DNA of 64,000 bases. It comes from an uncultured Verrucomicrobiae bacterium (GTDB lineage: Bacteria; Verrucomicrobiota; Verrucomicrobiia; Chthoniobacterales; JAFAMB01). Below are positions 1 to 10,049 of this stretch, piece by piece; positions within the stretch are counted from its first letter, which is position 1; every line of letters starts with the position of its first letter. The stretch lies in assembly GCA_963782115.1 (NCBI GenBank), contig CAWAIK010000005.1, positions 32,001 to 96,000 on the forward strand. Reading direction: 5' to 3'. The translations under genes were made by a program, and so were the position numbers. A model generated the notes under the pieces. The model made no database searches and had not been told where the DNA came from. It saw only the letters and a list, made by a program, of their open reading frames with translations.

Positions 1-243
1 CGGAAATATAATTCTAAATACCAATACTTATCTTCAGTTGGCTTTGATCGCCCCGGCCATCGCGCTGTTGGGGCTTACGGGCTGTTCTACCGCCGACGGA
101 ACGGGCGGGCACAACTATACAGGCGGGTATGTACAGATTGCCCCACGCGCATATAACTCCGAGAGCCGGAGTTTCGACAGACCATGGCCCTTTGGCCCGG
201 AATCCACTCAACAATAGCAGCAAAACGGACGAGCCGGGCCCGG

Positions 244-348
244 TCAGAAATTCATCGGTACCTGAACGACAATAGTAGTACCGCAACCCGACGCGGTTCG
301 AACTTTTAGTTGGCCGCCGATATTTTCGGCACGAGCCCACATGTTGGA
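244..348 (-). pseudogene. C-terminal remnant of a HisKA_3-type histidine kinase ATPase domain
   Basis: Manual translation gives SNMWARAENIGGQLKVRTASGCGTTIVVQVPMNF*, which parallels the C-terminus of the 10050..16118 kinase (NMRARVKKLNGSLDIRTAPGRGTSVVVNVP). No upstream coding part is present. Confidence 0.7.
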
Positions 349-354
349 AAAAAT

Positions 355-455
355 GAACTCAAGCACTCAAGAACTCGAGAAGAATCAACAGTCTCGCGCC
401 GACGTACCCATTGCAGCATTCTTAAGTACTTGAGTGCTTGAGTCCTTGAGTGCCC
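355..455. repeat. Inverted repeat built from ACTCAAG units
   Basis: GAACTCAAGCACTCAAGAACTCGAG (355-379) resembles the reverse complement of CTTAAGTACTTGAGTGCTTGAGTCC (421-445). Confidence 0.65.
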
Positions 456-577
456 TAGTATTATGGGCTAGCCCTATCGAGGCATAGAGAAACCTCCTTT
501 CGAAGCATAGAACTGCTCAAAGACCGATGTTATTTGTCGTCCGACCATCCGGCTGAATCTAATAAGGAGACCGCTTA

Positions 578-832
578 ATGAAAGTTTACGACGTGGAATG
601 TCGGGCAGTAATCACACTTGCAGCACAGGATATGCAACAAGCTGCATTGCGTGGCCCGGCGGTTATTAAAGATAATCCGCATCTGATTTATGTGAGAGCC
701 GTTCGCGAGCGGCATTTTGAACCAGCTGGGGAAGATCCTAGAGTCGAGCATGTCTCCGCGAATCGAAACTTAGCGGGAAGCAGGAACGAAAGTAGTATAT
801 GGATAAATTCAGAAGTGCAAAGGTTCTACTGA
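578..832 (+). CDS. Small hypothetical protein
   Basis: 84-aa ORF with an ATG start and TAAGGAG Shine-Dalgarno upstream; no family recognised. Confidence 0.4.
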   Translation: MKVYDVECRAVITLAAQDMQQAALRGPAVIKDNPHLIYVRAVRERHFEPAGEDPRVEHVSANRNLAGSRNESSIWINSEVQRFY

Positions 833-1463
833 GAGAGAGATGTCCGCGGATTTGCTCTCAAATTTTATACCGAGGACGGCAATTGGGATTTGGTGGCTAA
901 CAACACGCCGGTCTTCTTTGTTCGGGATCCCTTAAAGTTTCCCGATTTTATCCATACCCAGAAGAGAGACCCAAAGACTAATATGCGTAGTAATGCCGCC
1001 GCCTGGGATTTCTGGAGCCTTTCACCCGAGTCGCTTCACCAGGTAACTATTTTGATGAGTGATCGTGGGTTGCCACGCAATTTCCGCCAGAAGAACGGAT
1101 ATGGCTCGCATACTTACAGCTTCATCAATGAGAACGGCGAAAGATACTGGGTGAAATTTCATTTCAAATCCATGCAGGGCCATGCCTTTTATACCGATCA
1201 AGAAGCAGCCGAGGTCGTCGGCAGTGATCGTGAATCAGCCCAGCGGGATCTTTTCGAAAACATTGAGGGTGGCGATTATCCTCGTTGGCGTTTCTGCGTC
1301 CAGATCATGCCTGAGACCGCAGGAGATTCAGCTGCGGCAGATCTGCCATTTCTTCCGTGCCGATCCGGCCTATGGAATCGGCGTCGCCCAGGCTCTCGGG
1401 ATTGATCTCGCTGAGTTTATGCCGAATGGGGTACAACTCGAAGCTGTAGCCGAAAAACAATAA
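833..1463 (+). pseudogene. katA: Monofunctional heme catalase, N-terminally truncated and internally deleted
   Basis: [45 protein letters not shown]...GYGSHTY is typical catalase sequence. After QIMPE (~1315) it jumps, in another frame, to the C-terminal [28 protein letters not shown]. The distal-His and proximal-Tyr regions are missing. Confidence 0.9.
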
Positions 1464-1519
1464 AGGCGAATCGACACATCATGAAAGATCCTTGCTTGTC
1501 ACGTCGTCGTTGTCTGCAG

Positions 1520-1620
1520 TTATCCGCGGTAGAGGCTGCGATCAAAGCATTCGGTCAAAAGTTGGAGTGATCTGTCCCGGAGGAGTTAAGACCGAATTTG
1601 CGATCGGTCGGGGACGAACA
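1520..1620 (+). pseudogene. Short-chain dehydrogenase fragments
   Basis: VEAAIKAFGQ and VICPGGVKTEFAIGRGR resemble two separate SDR segments joined by a deletion. Confidence 0.4.
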
Positions 1621-1658
1621 ACCTAATTTTCCGAACTTTCGAAGAAAGGTCTAAGGAG

Positions 1659-2705
1659 CTAACCAAGCCACTCCGGATTTTTGATGGTGCCATCAAAGTG
1701 GGTGCTGGTTTTGTATAACTCAAAGTGTCCCTTTGTGGCCGCAACTCTCGTGCGTGCGAGCAAGGCGGCAACCCGGCCCTCATCCAACCCTCGATACGTC
1801 CGAGCAGCCTGAAGAGCTTGATCTAAGATTTCAGGTCTGTCGATACCCGTGATTACGACCGATGTTGGCAAACTCATTGAGTAGTGCAGCGCCTCAATGG
1901 GTTCGACCGTGTTGCTATTTAGAATGAAATGATCTCCGAAGGGCTTCATCCCTTCGACGCCGATGCCTTCTTTTACCAGGATGGGCAAGACCTGACGCTG
2001 AAAACTGCGGAAGTGTGCATCCATGACGTTGAGCGGCATCTGGACTGCGTCAAAATGGAAGCCATTCTCTGAGGCCGTCTGTAACATCCTGAGGTGCACC
2101 ACCGGATCTTTGTGGCCCGTGAATCCGATATACCGTATTTTACCGGCTTTCCGGGCCTCCAACATTGCTTCTTGAGCACCTCCCTCAGCGAAAATCCGAT
2201 CCGGATCATCTAGTCGGATACATTCATGATGCTGCATTAGATCGATGTGATCGGTTTGCAACCTTTGCAACGATTCAGTGATTTGTCGACTAGCCTCCTC
2301 TTTGGTACGACCATCAAGTTTTGTCATCAGGAAAACCTTTTCCCGATAGCCGTCACGCAAGGCTTTTCCCATTCGAATTTCGCTTGTTCCGCCGTTGTAA
2401 TCCCAACAGTTATCCATGAAGGTGATACCGTTATCGATCGCACGGCGAATCAGGTCGATACTGTCGTTCTCATTCGCCTGTTTACCGATATGGTAGCCTC
2501 CCAATCCCACCAGCGAAACCCAGGCCCCGGTTCTATCTAGGCGCCGAAATATCATGTCGCCTCGTCGCTGTTCTTCGGGCTGGGCGAATGTTAAACTAGA
2601 TGTTTCTTGGGCGGCAGCACTGAGTTGGGCTGAGCTACCTGCGACGAGCCCAAGCGCAAGCGTACTGGATGTGGTCCTGATGAAGCTCCTGCGAGAGATA
2701 TCCAT
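1659..2705 (-). CDS. Aldo/keto reductase with Tat-like signal
   Basis: N-terminal SRRSFI plus a hydrophobic stretch; GLGGYH, DNCWDY, MTKL, GFTGHKDP and VQMPLN motifs; GAGGA RBS. Confidence 0.92.
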   Translation of the reverse strand: MDISRRSFIRTTSSTLALGLVAGSSAQLSAAAQETSSLTFAQPEEQRRGDMIFRRLDRTGAWVSLVGLGGYHIGKQANENDSIDLIRRAIDNGITFMDNCWDYNGGTSEIRMGKALRDGYREKVFLMTKLDGRTKEEASRQITESLQRLQTDHIDLMQHHECIRLDDPDRIFAEGGAQEAMLEARKAGKIRYIGFTGHKDPVVHLRMLQTASENGFHFDAVQMPLNVMDAHFRSFQRQVLPILVKEGIGVEGMKPFGDHFILNSNTVEPIEALHYSMSLPTSVVITGIDRPEILDQALQAARTYRGLDEGRVAALLARTRVAATKGHFELYKTSTHFDGTIKNPEWLG

Positions 2706-3348
2706 ATCGTGTTGTCCTCACGTTTCTAAGTTGGCTGAGACCGCTACTTACCGGGTCCGCCAATGCAACATAAGATTGAACAGTGCCGTTCCGCAAATGC
2801 CGAATTGACATACGAACGACAATGAACAACAGCAAGGAGATCGCCGGGGCAATGGCGTTCGTTGTGAACCAAGCGGCGTCGTGGCCGTTTGCCGACGCCA
2901 TTTTCCGTCTAGAGGACTGCATCGATACGGACTCCAAAGATGAGACAAGAGCCATGGCTTCGGATTTTGCAGGTTGTGATATGGTACCCTAACTCGATCG
3001 AGTTAATAGGAACCGCTCTTTAGAGTCATAGACGTACTTCAGCTAGGCGCTACCGTGTAGCGGAAGTTGAGTATCTACCCGGAAACGAGGCTTTGGCGCG
3101 CGTCGGGAAATCGATTGACGCAAAATCACGAGCAGTGAGCTACGTAGCTCGATCAGGTCTTTCCCATGCGAGAAGTGGCACTTAATCAAGCGAAAAAGTG
3201 AAGGAAACTATCAACCAAATAAACAAGAAAACAAAAAGAAAGAACCAACTACATGTCATACCTCAATACCAGTAAGGGATACTCCACTAACATCGATCCT
3301 TCAATCCATCCCCAGTCACGACCCCAAAAATCAACCACGGAGACCCTT

Positions 3349-3999
3349 ATGAGCACGCAAATCGCACACCTTGAAACACCCCAAATACCCGATAGTAAAC
3401 TGGCCCGGGAAGTAACCGAACTGGTGCGGGACACCGAGTCCCCTCTCCTCTTCCATCACTCGACCCGCGTCTACCTCTTCGGCGCCCTCGCGGGCGTTCG
3501 CAACCGATTGAAGTTCGACCCCGAGCTTCTCTATGTTGGCGCCATGTTCCACGACATGGGCCTCACCGAGAAATACAGCAGCGCCACAGAGCGCTTCGAA
3601 GTCGACAGCGCCAACGCCGCGCGCGATTTTCTGCGGCGGCACGGGATCGCCGAGGCGTCGATCGACATCGTGTGGGACGCCATCGCCCTCCACACCACCC
3701 CTGGCATCCCCCAGCATAAGAAGCCCGAAGTCGCCCTGGTCACGGCGGGCGTCGAAATGGACGTGCTGGGTATCGGCTATGCGGAGTTCTCAGATGCGCA
3801 GCGCGAGCAGGTCATCGCAGCGCATCCGCGAGGAAGCCACTTCAAGGAAGGTATCATCCGTTGCTTCCACGAGGGATTCAAACACAAGCCGGAGACGACC
3901 TTTGGCACCGTGAACGACGACGTACTCGCTTCGTTCGATCCGACCTTCAAACGAATGGATTTCTGTAGCATCATCCGGAATTCCGCCTGGGCTGAGTAA
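3349..3999 (+). CDS. HD-domain metal-dependent hydrolase (cyanamide hydratase-like family)
   Basis: HHSTRVY, MFHDMG and IALHTTPG motifs. The ATG at 3349 with GGAG RBS is preferred over 3253. Confidence 0.88.
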   Translation: MSTQIAHLETPQIPDSKLAREVTELVRDTESPLLFHHSTRVYLFGALAGVRNRLKFDPELLYVGAMFHDMGLTEKYSSATERFEVDSANAARDFLRRHGIAEASIDIVWDAIALHTTPGIPQHKKPEVALVTAGVEMDVLGIGYAEFSDAQREQVIAAHPRGSHFKEGIIRCFHEGFKHKPETTFGTVNDDVLASFDPTFKRMDFCSIIRNSAWAE

Positions 4000-5573
4000 C
4001 GTAGCTAACCGCCCAACCGATTCACCGACGAATAAATTCAAGAATTCACCCCTCTCACCAACGGAAGAAGATGAGACCGTCGTTCCTGGAAGCGGCAAGG
4101 CGGGCAATTCAGTAGCAGCCGATTCCGGCCAGATAGAGTCCGCCCTTCCGGCGTGCAGCCTTATTCTAGTTTGGCCCGCTCGCTCTCCGGCTATAAGGCG
4201 CGGAGGAAGGCCACCAGGTCTTCCTTTTCCTGCGGTGTTAGATTTGTGCCGAGGATCAGGTTGAAGAACTCGACCGTGTCCTCCAGCGTCAGCAGACGCT
4301 CGTCGTGCAGGTAGGGCGGGTTGTCTTTGACGCCGCGCAGCGCAAAGGTTTTGATCGGCCCGTCCCCGATCGCCATCATGCGGTTGATCATCACCGGCTT
4401 GAAGAAGCGCTCGGTCTGGAGGTTGTGCATCAAGTTGTCGGTGTAGAAGGGCGGCTGGTGGCAACTCGCGCATTGGCCCTTGCCGATGAAGATCTCCTGG
4501 CCCCGCATCTCGGCGGCCGTTGCCTTGGTGGGATCGAGTTTGCCAAAGACGTCGAGCTTAGGTGCCGGCGGAAAGTCCAGCATCTCTTGAAAATCGGCCA
4601 TGAAGTCGACCTGGCTGCCGCGCTCAAGGGGATTAACGCCCTTCTTGGTGGCGATTACAATATCGCCGTCGAAATAAGCGGTGCGCTGCTCGAATTCGGT
4701 GAAATCCTCGATTGTCTTCAGGGCTCGCTGCGAGCCGAAGAGCCGCTGAATGTTCACGCCGCGCAGCGACACCGTCTTGATGCGGTGGCGGAACTTCTGC
4801 GGACGGGCGTCGGGGGCGAGGTGCGTCGCGCCGTTTTGGTGGCCATTCGAATGGCAATCAAAGCAAGCCGCGCCAAGACTGGGAATCTGCGAGCGGCGAT
4901 CCTCGGTCGCATTGAACTGCTGCTGCGGGAAGGGCGTCAACAATAGGCGCAGCCCTTCCAGTTGCCTGGGAGTCAGAAGGCCATTGAACAGCTCGTAAAA
5001 ATTGGTGAGCGAGACAAGCTTGCCCTGCGAGACATCGCCCAGATCGGGGCGCGAGGTCAGGTAGATGGCTGGAGGAAACGCGGCCAAGAAGTGATCCGGC
5101 AGATCGAAATCTACGTCGAACCGGGTCAGGTCTCGCCCGTCCTGGTTCTTGATCGCGTCGATCAAAAAGTGCGGAAAGACGAAGCCGCCCTCGGCATGGT
5201 TGGGATGCGGCAAGGGGTAGAACCCCTTCGGATAGAGATCGTGCTCGCGAATCTCGTCCGGGCTCATCGCCGCCAGCCTCTCCCAGGTCATTCCAGCGGG
5301 CAGCTTGACGCGGACGCCTTCTTGCAGCGGTTTTCCACGCTCCATCGTGACGCCAGGGGCGGGTCGGTTGCTCAGGTCGTAGCGCTCGTTGAGCAGATCG
5401 GTGTGCTCCTTCTCGATGCCCGGCTTGGCCGCCGTCATTCGTGACATGATCGATTCGAACGATTCTTTAATGTCCACTGGCATGTAGCTCGTCTGCCCGC
5501 GCTCCTGGGGATCCGCGTTCGGCTCGCCTGAGCGAAGCTTAGGAAGGGCTAAACCGAGAACCGCAATAATAAA

Positions 5574-7135
5574 GCTCCTTCGCTGTTTTCTGTGGATAGT
5601 TCGAATTAAGTCATAGTTGGGACAGCCAAATTGAGCTTACCGGCTCGGTGATAGGCGGCGGTTCTGAAGTAGACGAAGTTTCTAAACCCGCGCGCCATTC
5701 GTTTGGCTAGTTGGATGACGCCGTTTACGGCCTCGATGGCTGCGGAAGTCAGTCGGGTGTCGAAGTAGGCTAGGATCCCTTCCCAATGCTTGCGAACGGT
5801 CTTGGCTAAATCGCGGAAGGGGCTGAGGCGACTGCGCGCGGCCCAGCCACACCACCAGTGAAGTTCAGCTTCGGCCACCTGGCGGTCAGAGTTTGCGTAA
5901 ATGGCTTGGAGAGTCTCACGCAGACTCATCGCACGGCCAAGTTTGGTATACTGACGACAGAGATTTTTACGTTGCTCTTGACGATCCTCACTGAGGTTCC
6001 AAGTGTTGCCGCGCAAGCTCCACATCGCTCCTTTGAGATCGGCTCCCTCGCGCTGAAGCTCGTAGCGCACCTTATCAAATGCTGCGCCGGCCAGTACCAT
6101 GACGTGGAACTTGTCGAAGACGATCCTGGCACCAGGAAAATATTCCGTAGCTCCCTTCACATAGGCAGGGCTCATATCCATGGCAATCGCCTCGATCTGG
6201 GAGGGATCGCCACCGTGCTCGACCAGCGCCGTGGCAAAGGCCGCGAGGGCCTCTGCGCTGCGTCCCTCGACCATGAGGAGCAAACGTGAGTTCTCGGCAT
6301 CCAGCACATTGGTCACGTAGCGGTGCCCGCGCCGGGCACTGGTCTCATCGACGGCAATCCGTCGGACGGCCCTCCAGTCGCTCTTGGCGTGTGCTTGCTC
6401 CACATAGTGCATCAACACTCGCCACAGACGGGTATCGTGCTCATCGAGCAAATCGGCCATCGCATCGACGGGCATCTCCGCGCTGAGCAGCATCATGAGC
6501 GCTTCCATCATCAGGGTGAAACCGCTGCCTTCTCGGGCCCAGGGCACCTGCACCTGATGGACCCCGTCCTTGCGACACCAAGTGCGTGGCACTCTAGCCA
6601 CCAGTTCGCAGCGATATTGGAAAAAGTCCATATGCCGCCAGCGCCGTTCGATCGTGTCGTGAATTCCACACAAGTCTTTGCAGACCGGACACTCGAAATG
6701 TTCCCCGGGCACGTGCTCGAGTCGCAATTCCAAGCGTTTCGGTTCTCCCTCAAAGCGGCATTGGGCTACTCGCCATTGGCGACCCAATCCCAGTGCTGCG
6801 GTAAAAAGTTCCTCCGGTGTCATCCTTCTTATTGAGTCCACGGTCACTCAAAATGCAAATCCACCCCCTGTTTTGCTCCCCGAACAAAGTACCAACAGTT
6901 TTTGCGCTTGAGAGACCGTAGCGAGGAACGAGCTAAGGGCTATCGAACGCAAAAGGCAGTAACCTTCCCAGCGCGGAGCGAAGCCTGCTCAAGCGAGAAA
7001 CGGAATAAATGGAGGGGACCCACGAAGTGGGGAGGAGGCCGTTTATGCCGGATTCGACCTTGAACAGGCGTAGCGTAGCGCTATACGTGGCTAAACCTAC
7101 CCAATTAAGCTATCCACAGAAGACAGCGGAGTGCC
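5574..7135 (-). mobile_element. ISL3-family insertion sequence
   Basis: Imperfect 26-bp terminal IRs sharing TTCTGTGGATAG; 8-bp target duplication ATAATAAA at 5566-5573 and 7136-7143. Confidence 0.93.
5606..6847 (-). CDS. ISL3 transposase
   Basis: CPVC zinc finger, IAVDET, AMDMSPAY, VFDKFHV and IEAVNGVIQ..KRMARGFRN motifs. Confidence 0.95.
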   Translation of the reverse strand: MTVDSIRRMTPEELFTAALGLGRQWRVAQCRFEGEPKRLELRLEHVPGEHFECPVCKDLCGIHDTIERRWRHMDFFQYRCELVARVPRTWCRKDGVHQVQVPWAREGSGFTLMMEALMMLLSAEMPVDAMADLLDEHDTRLWRVLMHYVEQAHAKSDWRAVRRIAVDETSARRGHRYVTNVLDAENSRLLLMVEGRSAEALAAFATALVEHGGDPSQIEAIAMDMSPAYVKGATEYFPGARIVFDKFHVMVLAGAAFDKVRYELQREGADLKGAMWSLRGNTWNLSEDRQEQRKNLCRQYTKLGRAMSLRETLQAIYANSDRQVAEAELHWWCGWAARSRLSPFRDLAKTVRKHWEGILAYFDTRLTSAAIEAVNGVIQLAKRMARGFRNFVYFRTAAYHRAGKLNLAVPTMT

Positions 7136-7812
7136 ATAATAAATAAAAGAAAAACGCAATGCATCCACCGCGAATTATTTTTCATAGAAACCTCAGATAA
7201 AGATTAACGCCTAAGTTCGCCTCGCACGATGCGAAGGGACCGGGTATCGCAAATGCAGTTCCAGGATAACTCTCTTTAACTTATACTTTTAGCAGTCGAG
7301 ATATGTTTGGATCAGTATTGTCAAACCCATAACATTGCCGTTTAAGAACTATGCGGAATGCATGTCCCATGCGAACTATAGCGCAGACCGCAAAAAACAA
7401 CTTCTGGAGTCGGACTGACCTTCAGGCTGAATGTAATCGACCACACCTCTAACCAAGGAGATTGACTCCTGGTGAGAGAGAAGGCAAATGAACTGTCCTA
7501 GTATCCTAATCAAACCGGCGAACTCTTCAATACTTTTCTGAACAATCGTCGCGAACCAAAAACGAAGTCAGGGCGAGATACAAACGTGAGGACCGATTCG
7601 TGAAGGTTCTCGCTCTCCCGCGCTTCTGGGATCGAATACGGGGCCAGACACGTGAAGACGTGGCATATGCACTGGCGTCAATTCGAGCCGGCTTCGGGCC
7701 AGTACTCCGTTACCCTTGAGAGGTTGCGAACATAAGCCACGACAGTTGCATAACCACCACCGGTAGAGGTTTCCAAAAACGGCCCCAGGGGAGGAAACTT
7801 CACAGGCCGCGA

Positions 7813-8004
7813 TCATCCCACCCGGCCCCAAGCGGGTGTTGGTGTTAAGGGATACGCTGGTCCAGTCCGGATTCCGCCGGGGTTCCCGGCCGCAAAATAA
7901 TGGAAATGGCTGCCCCCTCGACCGCCGGCGAAAGCGCTATCTGAGACAATCGCCAGAAGTCCTATCGAGACCAGACCGGCAAGAAAACCATCGATCAATT
8001 TCAT
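7813..8004 (-). CDS. Small exported hypothetical protein, possibly truncated by a premature stop
   Basis: Signal-peptide-like N-terminus ending AFA, AGGAAG RBS; the frame stays open for about 45 codons beyond the TGA. Confidence 0.35.
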   Translation of the reverse strand: MKLIDGFLAGLVSIGLLAIVSDSAFAGGRGGSHFHYFAAGNPGGIRTGPAYPLTPTPAWGRVG

Positions 8005-8098
8005 AAATTTCGTCTTCCTTTTGATTAAGACGCTCAGCCTTATTCCCCTCGGAAGCTAATTGTCCTTTTTCATTCCAGATATACCTGAAGCCTAACTA

Positions 8099-9980
8099 GA
8101 GTCCGTCCCGAAAATGCGCTTTCCCCGTGCAACACATGTTGCAAGATTTCGCATTGCAAGAATTTGCCACTTAGAACTTTATTTGTGAGTGTTATTAAAT
8201 ATTTTATTCGGAAAGAAGGCAAAATAGCGCCAGCCCGAGGGACACCTCTGGCACTGAGCATTGATTCTAACTTTTTTGCGATGTTTCTTAGGCCGCTTGC
8301 CTAAGCTTTTGCTCCTGGAGCCTTCGCTGCTCCCGCAATTTCTCGGCTAACACCCATAAATTGTGAGTGAGTATTCCCCAGGCCACTTGCAAGGCGCGGT
8401 TCTCAAAGCCCTCCGAACGCATCGGTCGTCCGAGAAATTCATTTTTAAATATCGCGATGCGCGCTTCAGTCTGTGCTCTGCGGCGCTGCGCTTGGGCAAA
8501 GTCTTCATCCTTCATGGCCTCGCGCAGAGCGCGCGGATCACGTGGGCAGAGCCTGGCAAATGTCCCACGCTCCTCAAGCCACTGGACGGTGATTTTGTTA
8601 TCAAAACCACGGTCGGTGACCAAACTCTTGATCGCCACTTTGAGGCCGCTTTCCACCCTCTCGACGCTCGGGCGCACTAACCGCGGATCGGCAGGTACTT
8701 TCTCTTTGAACAGTTCCCAATCGATAATCAACCCATCGATCTGTTCGCCCAGAACTAACAAGTTGCCAAACTCGACCTCCTCCCCGGCTTTGCCACGAAC
8801 GATGACGTGGATGTTGGGCTCAAAGAGGCTCAGCAGCTTTTCGTCATTGGCTACTTGCCGCTCTCCAATGATGCGTTCATGGGCCTGTTTAACAGCCAGT
8901 GGCAGAGCTTCGAGAATCGATTCCAGGCGCTTGAGAACCTGCTCGGCCTGCGGGCGGGTCCAGTCCGTCGCTTGCCAGTTCTCATCGAGCAGCTTGTGGT
9001 AACGCTGGGCATGGGCACGCACCACGGTCACGACCCTCTTCATCTCTCGCAACACCCGCTTGCGCTCTTTTTTGCCGTTCTTCTTGCGGCGGGTGTGAGT
9101 CATTTCCATCGACAAGCGGTTGATCTGGGTGATGAATACTTGTGGCTCGCACATCCGTGATTTGAGCCCGTGCGAGCGGATCAGTTCCACCGACTGCATC
9201 AGGCTCTTGACTCCGTCGCGCAAAAGCACCCAATCGACCGGAAAATGAATGTTAGCTTTCACACAGGTGGTGTCCAAAAACATCGTGCTCAGATCCAAGG
9301 GTTCCTCCAGATCAAGCGCCTGTTTGCCATCGGCCACCGCGGCTCCTGCTTTGCGCAGGAGGCCATTGATGACCTCCCGCATCTCTTCTTCAGGCAACCA
9401 GGTCGCATAGCGTTGGACGGTGCTTTTGGCTGGCACCTTGACCCGATCAAGCTGCGCGACCTTGCAGAACCATTGCAGCAGCGGACTATCAGCCAGTCGC
9501 GCCGCGAAATCACGGAAGCTTCCCACTAACAACGTGCGCGCAATCGAACATCGCAACGCTCGGATAGAATGTTCTTGAAAACGGACCTGTTGTTTTCCAC
9601 TGACCAGATCTTCCAACCGGATCACTCCGCTTTGACCTTCGCCCGAGAGCTCTATCTGTTCCACTTTGCTCTCGCTCAGTGTTTTGATCCAATGATTCAA
9701 GCTGCGCCTCACGAACTCCTTTTCTACGCCGCTTGTAGACAACAACTCATCCATGGTGGTGAGCTGTCCCCGTAAGGCAAGGTAATCGACATTGCCTTCG
9801 ATGGTCGGCAATACCGGACGAAAATGCTCTTCACAGGGGATAAACGTGATCGGGGGAGGCTCGCAATGCATGGGGAATCTTTATAAGACATTGCTTTCGC
9901 GAAAATCGAGAAAATTCGACCCGGAAACACAACTAATTGTGTCCAAATCTACATTCGAACACAATCTGTGGGACTAGTTG
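8099..9980 (-). mobile_element. IS5/ISNCY-like insertion sequence
   Basis: TAACTA direct repeat at 8093-8098 and 9981-9986; weak IRs sharing GTCCC; encloses a single transposase. Exact ends are uncertain. Confidence 0.7.
8288..9871 (-). CDS. DDE transposase (IS5/ISNCY-like)
   Basis: FLDTTCVKANIHFPVDW, RGKAGEEVEFG, VTDRGF and RRRAQTEARI motifs. Confidence 0.9.
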   Translation of the reverse strand: MHCEPPPITFIPCEEHFRPVLPTIEGNVDYLALRGQLTTMDELLSTSGVEKEFVRRSLNHWIKTLSESKVEQIELSGEGQSGVIRLEDLVSGKQQVRFQEHSIRALRCSIARTLLVGSFRDFAARLADSPLLQWFCKVAQLDRVKVPAKSTVQRYATWLPEEEMREVINGLLRKAGAAVADGKQALDLEEPLDLSTMFLDTTCVKANIHFPVDWVLLRDGVKSLMQSVELIRSHGLKSRMCEPQVFITQINRLSMEMTHTRRKKNGKKERKRVLREMKRVVTVVRAHAQRYHKLLDENWQATDWTRPQAEQVLKRLESILEALPLAVKQAHERIIGERQVANDEKLLSLFEPNIHVIVRGKAGEEVEFGNLLVLGEQIDGLIIDWELFKEKVPADPRLVRPSVERVESGLKVAIKSLVTDRGFDNKITVQWLEERGTFARLCPRDPRALREAMKDEDFAQAQRRRAQTEARIAIFKNEFLGRPMRSEGFENRALQVAWGILTHNLWVLAEKLREQRRLQEQKLRQAA

Positions 9981-10049
9981 TAACTAGAGCAATCCGAGCG
10001 TTGTTAGCCGGAGGAACGACGTGCTACGACTTTGATTTCTCTCGCCGGC

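Larger units (their letters stand above)
4191..7185 (-). pseudogene. Diheme cytochrome c (cytochrome c peroxidase/MauG-like), signal peptide interrupted by ISL3
   Basis: Two CxxCH motifs (CFDCH, CASCH) and a LRGV..NPPYLHD motif. Joining 7185-7136 to 5565 downward restores the frame MKNNSRWMHCVFLLFIIAVLGLALPKLRSGEPNADPQERGQTSYMPV. The mature part, 4191..5565, is intact. Confidence 0.88.
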
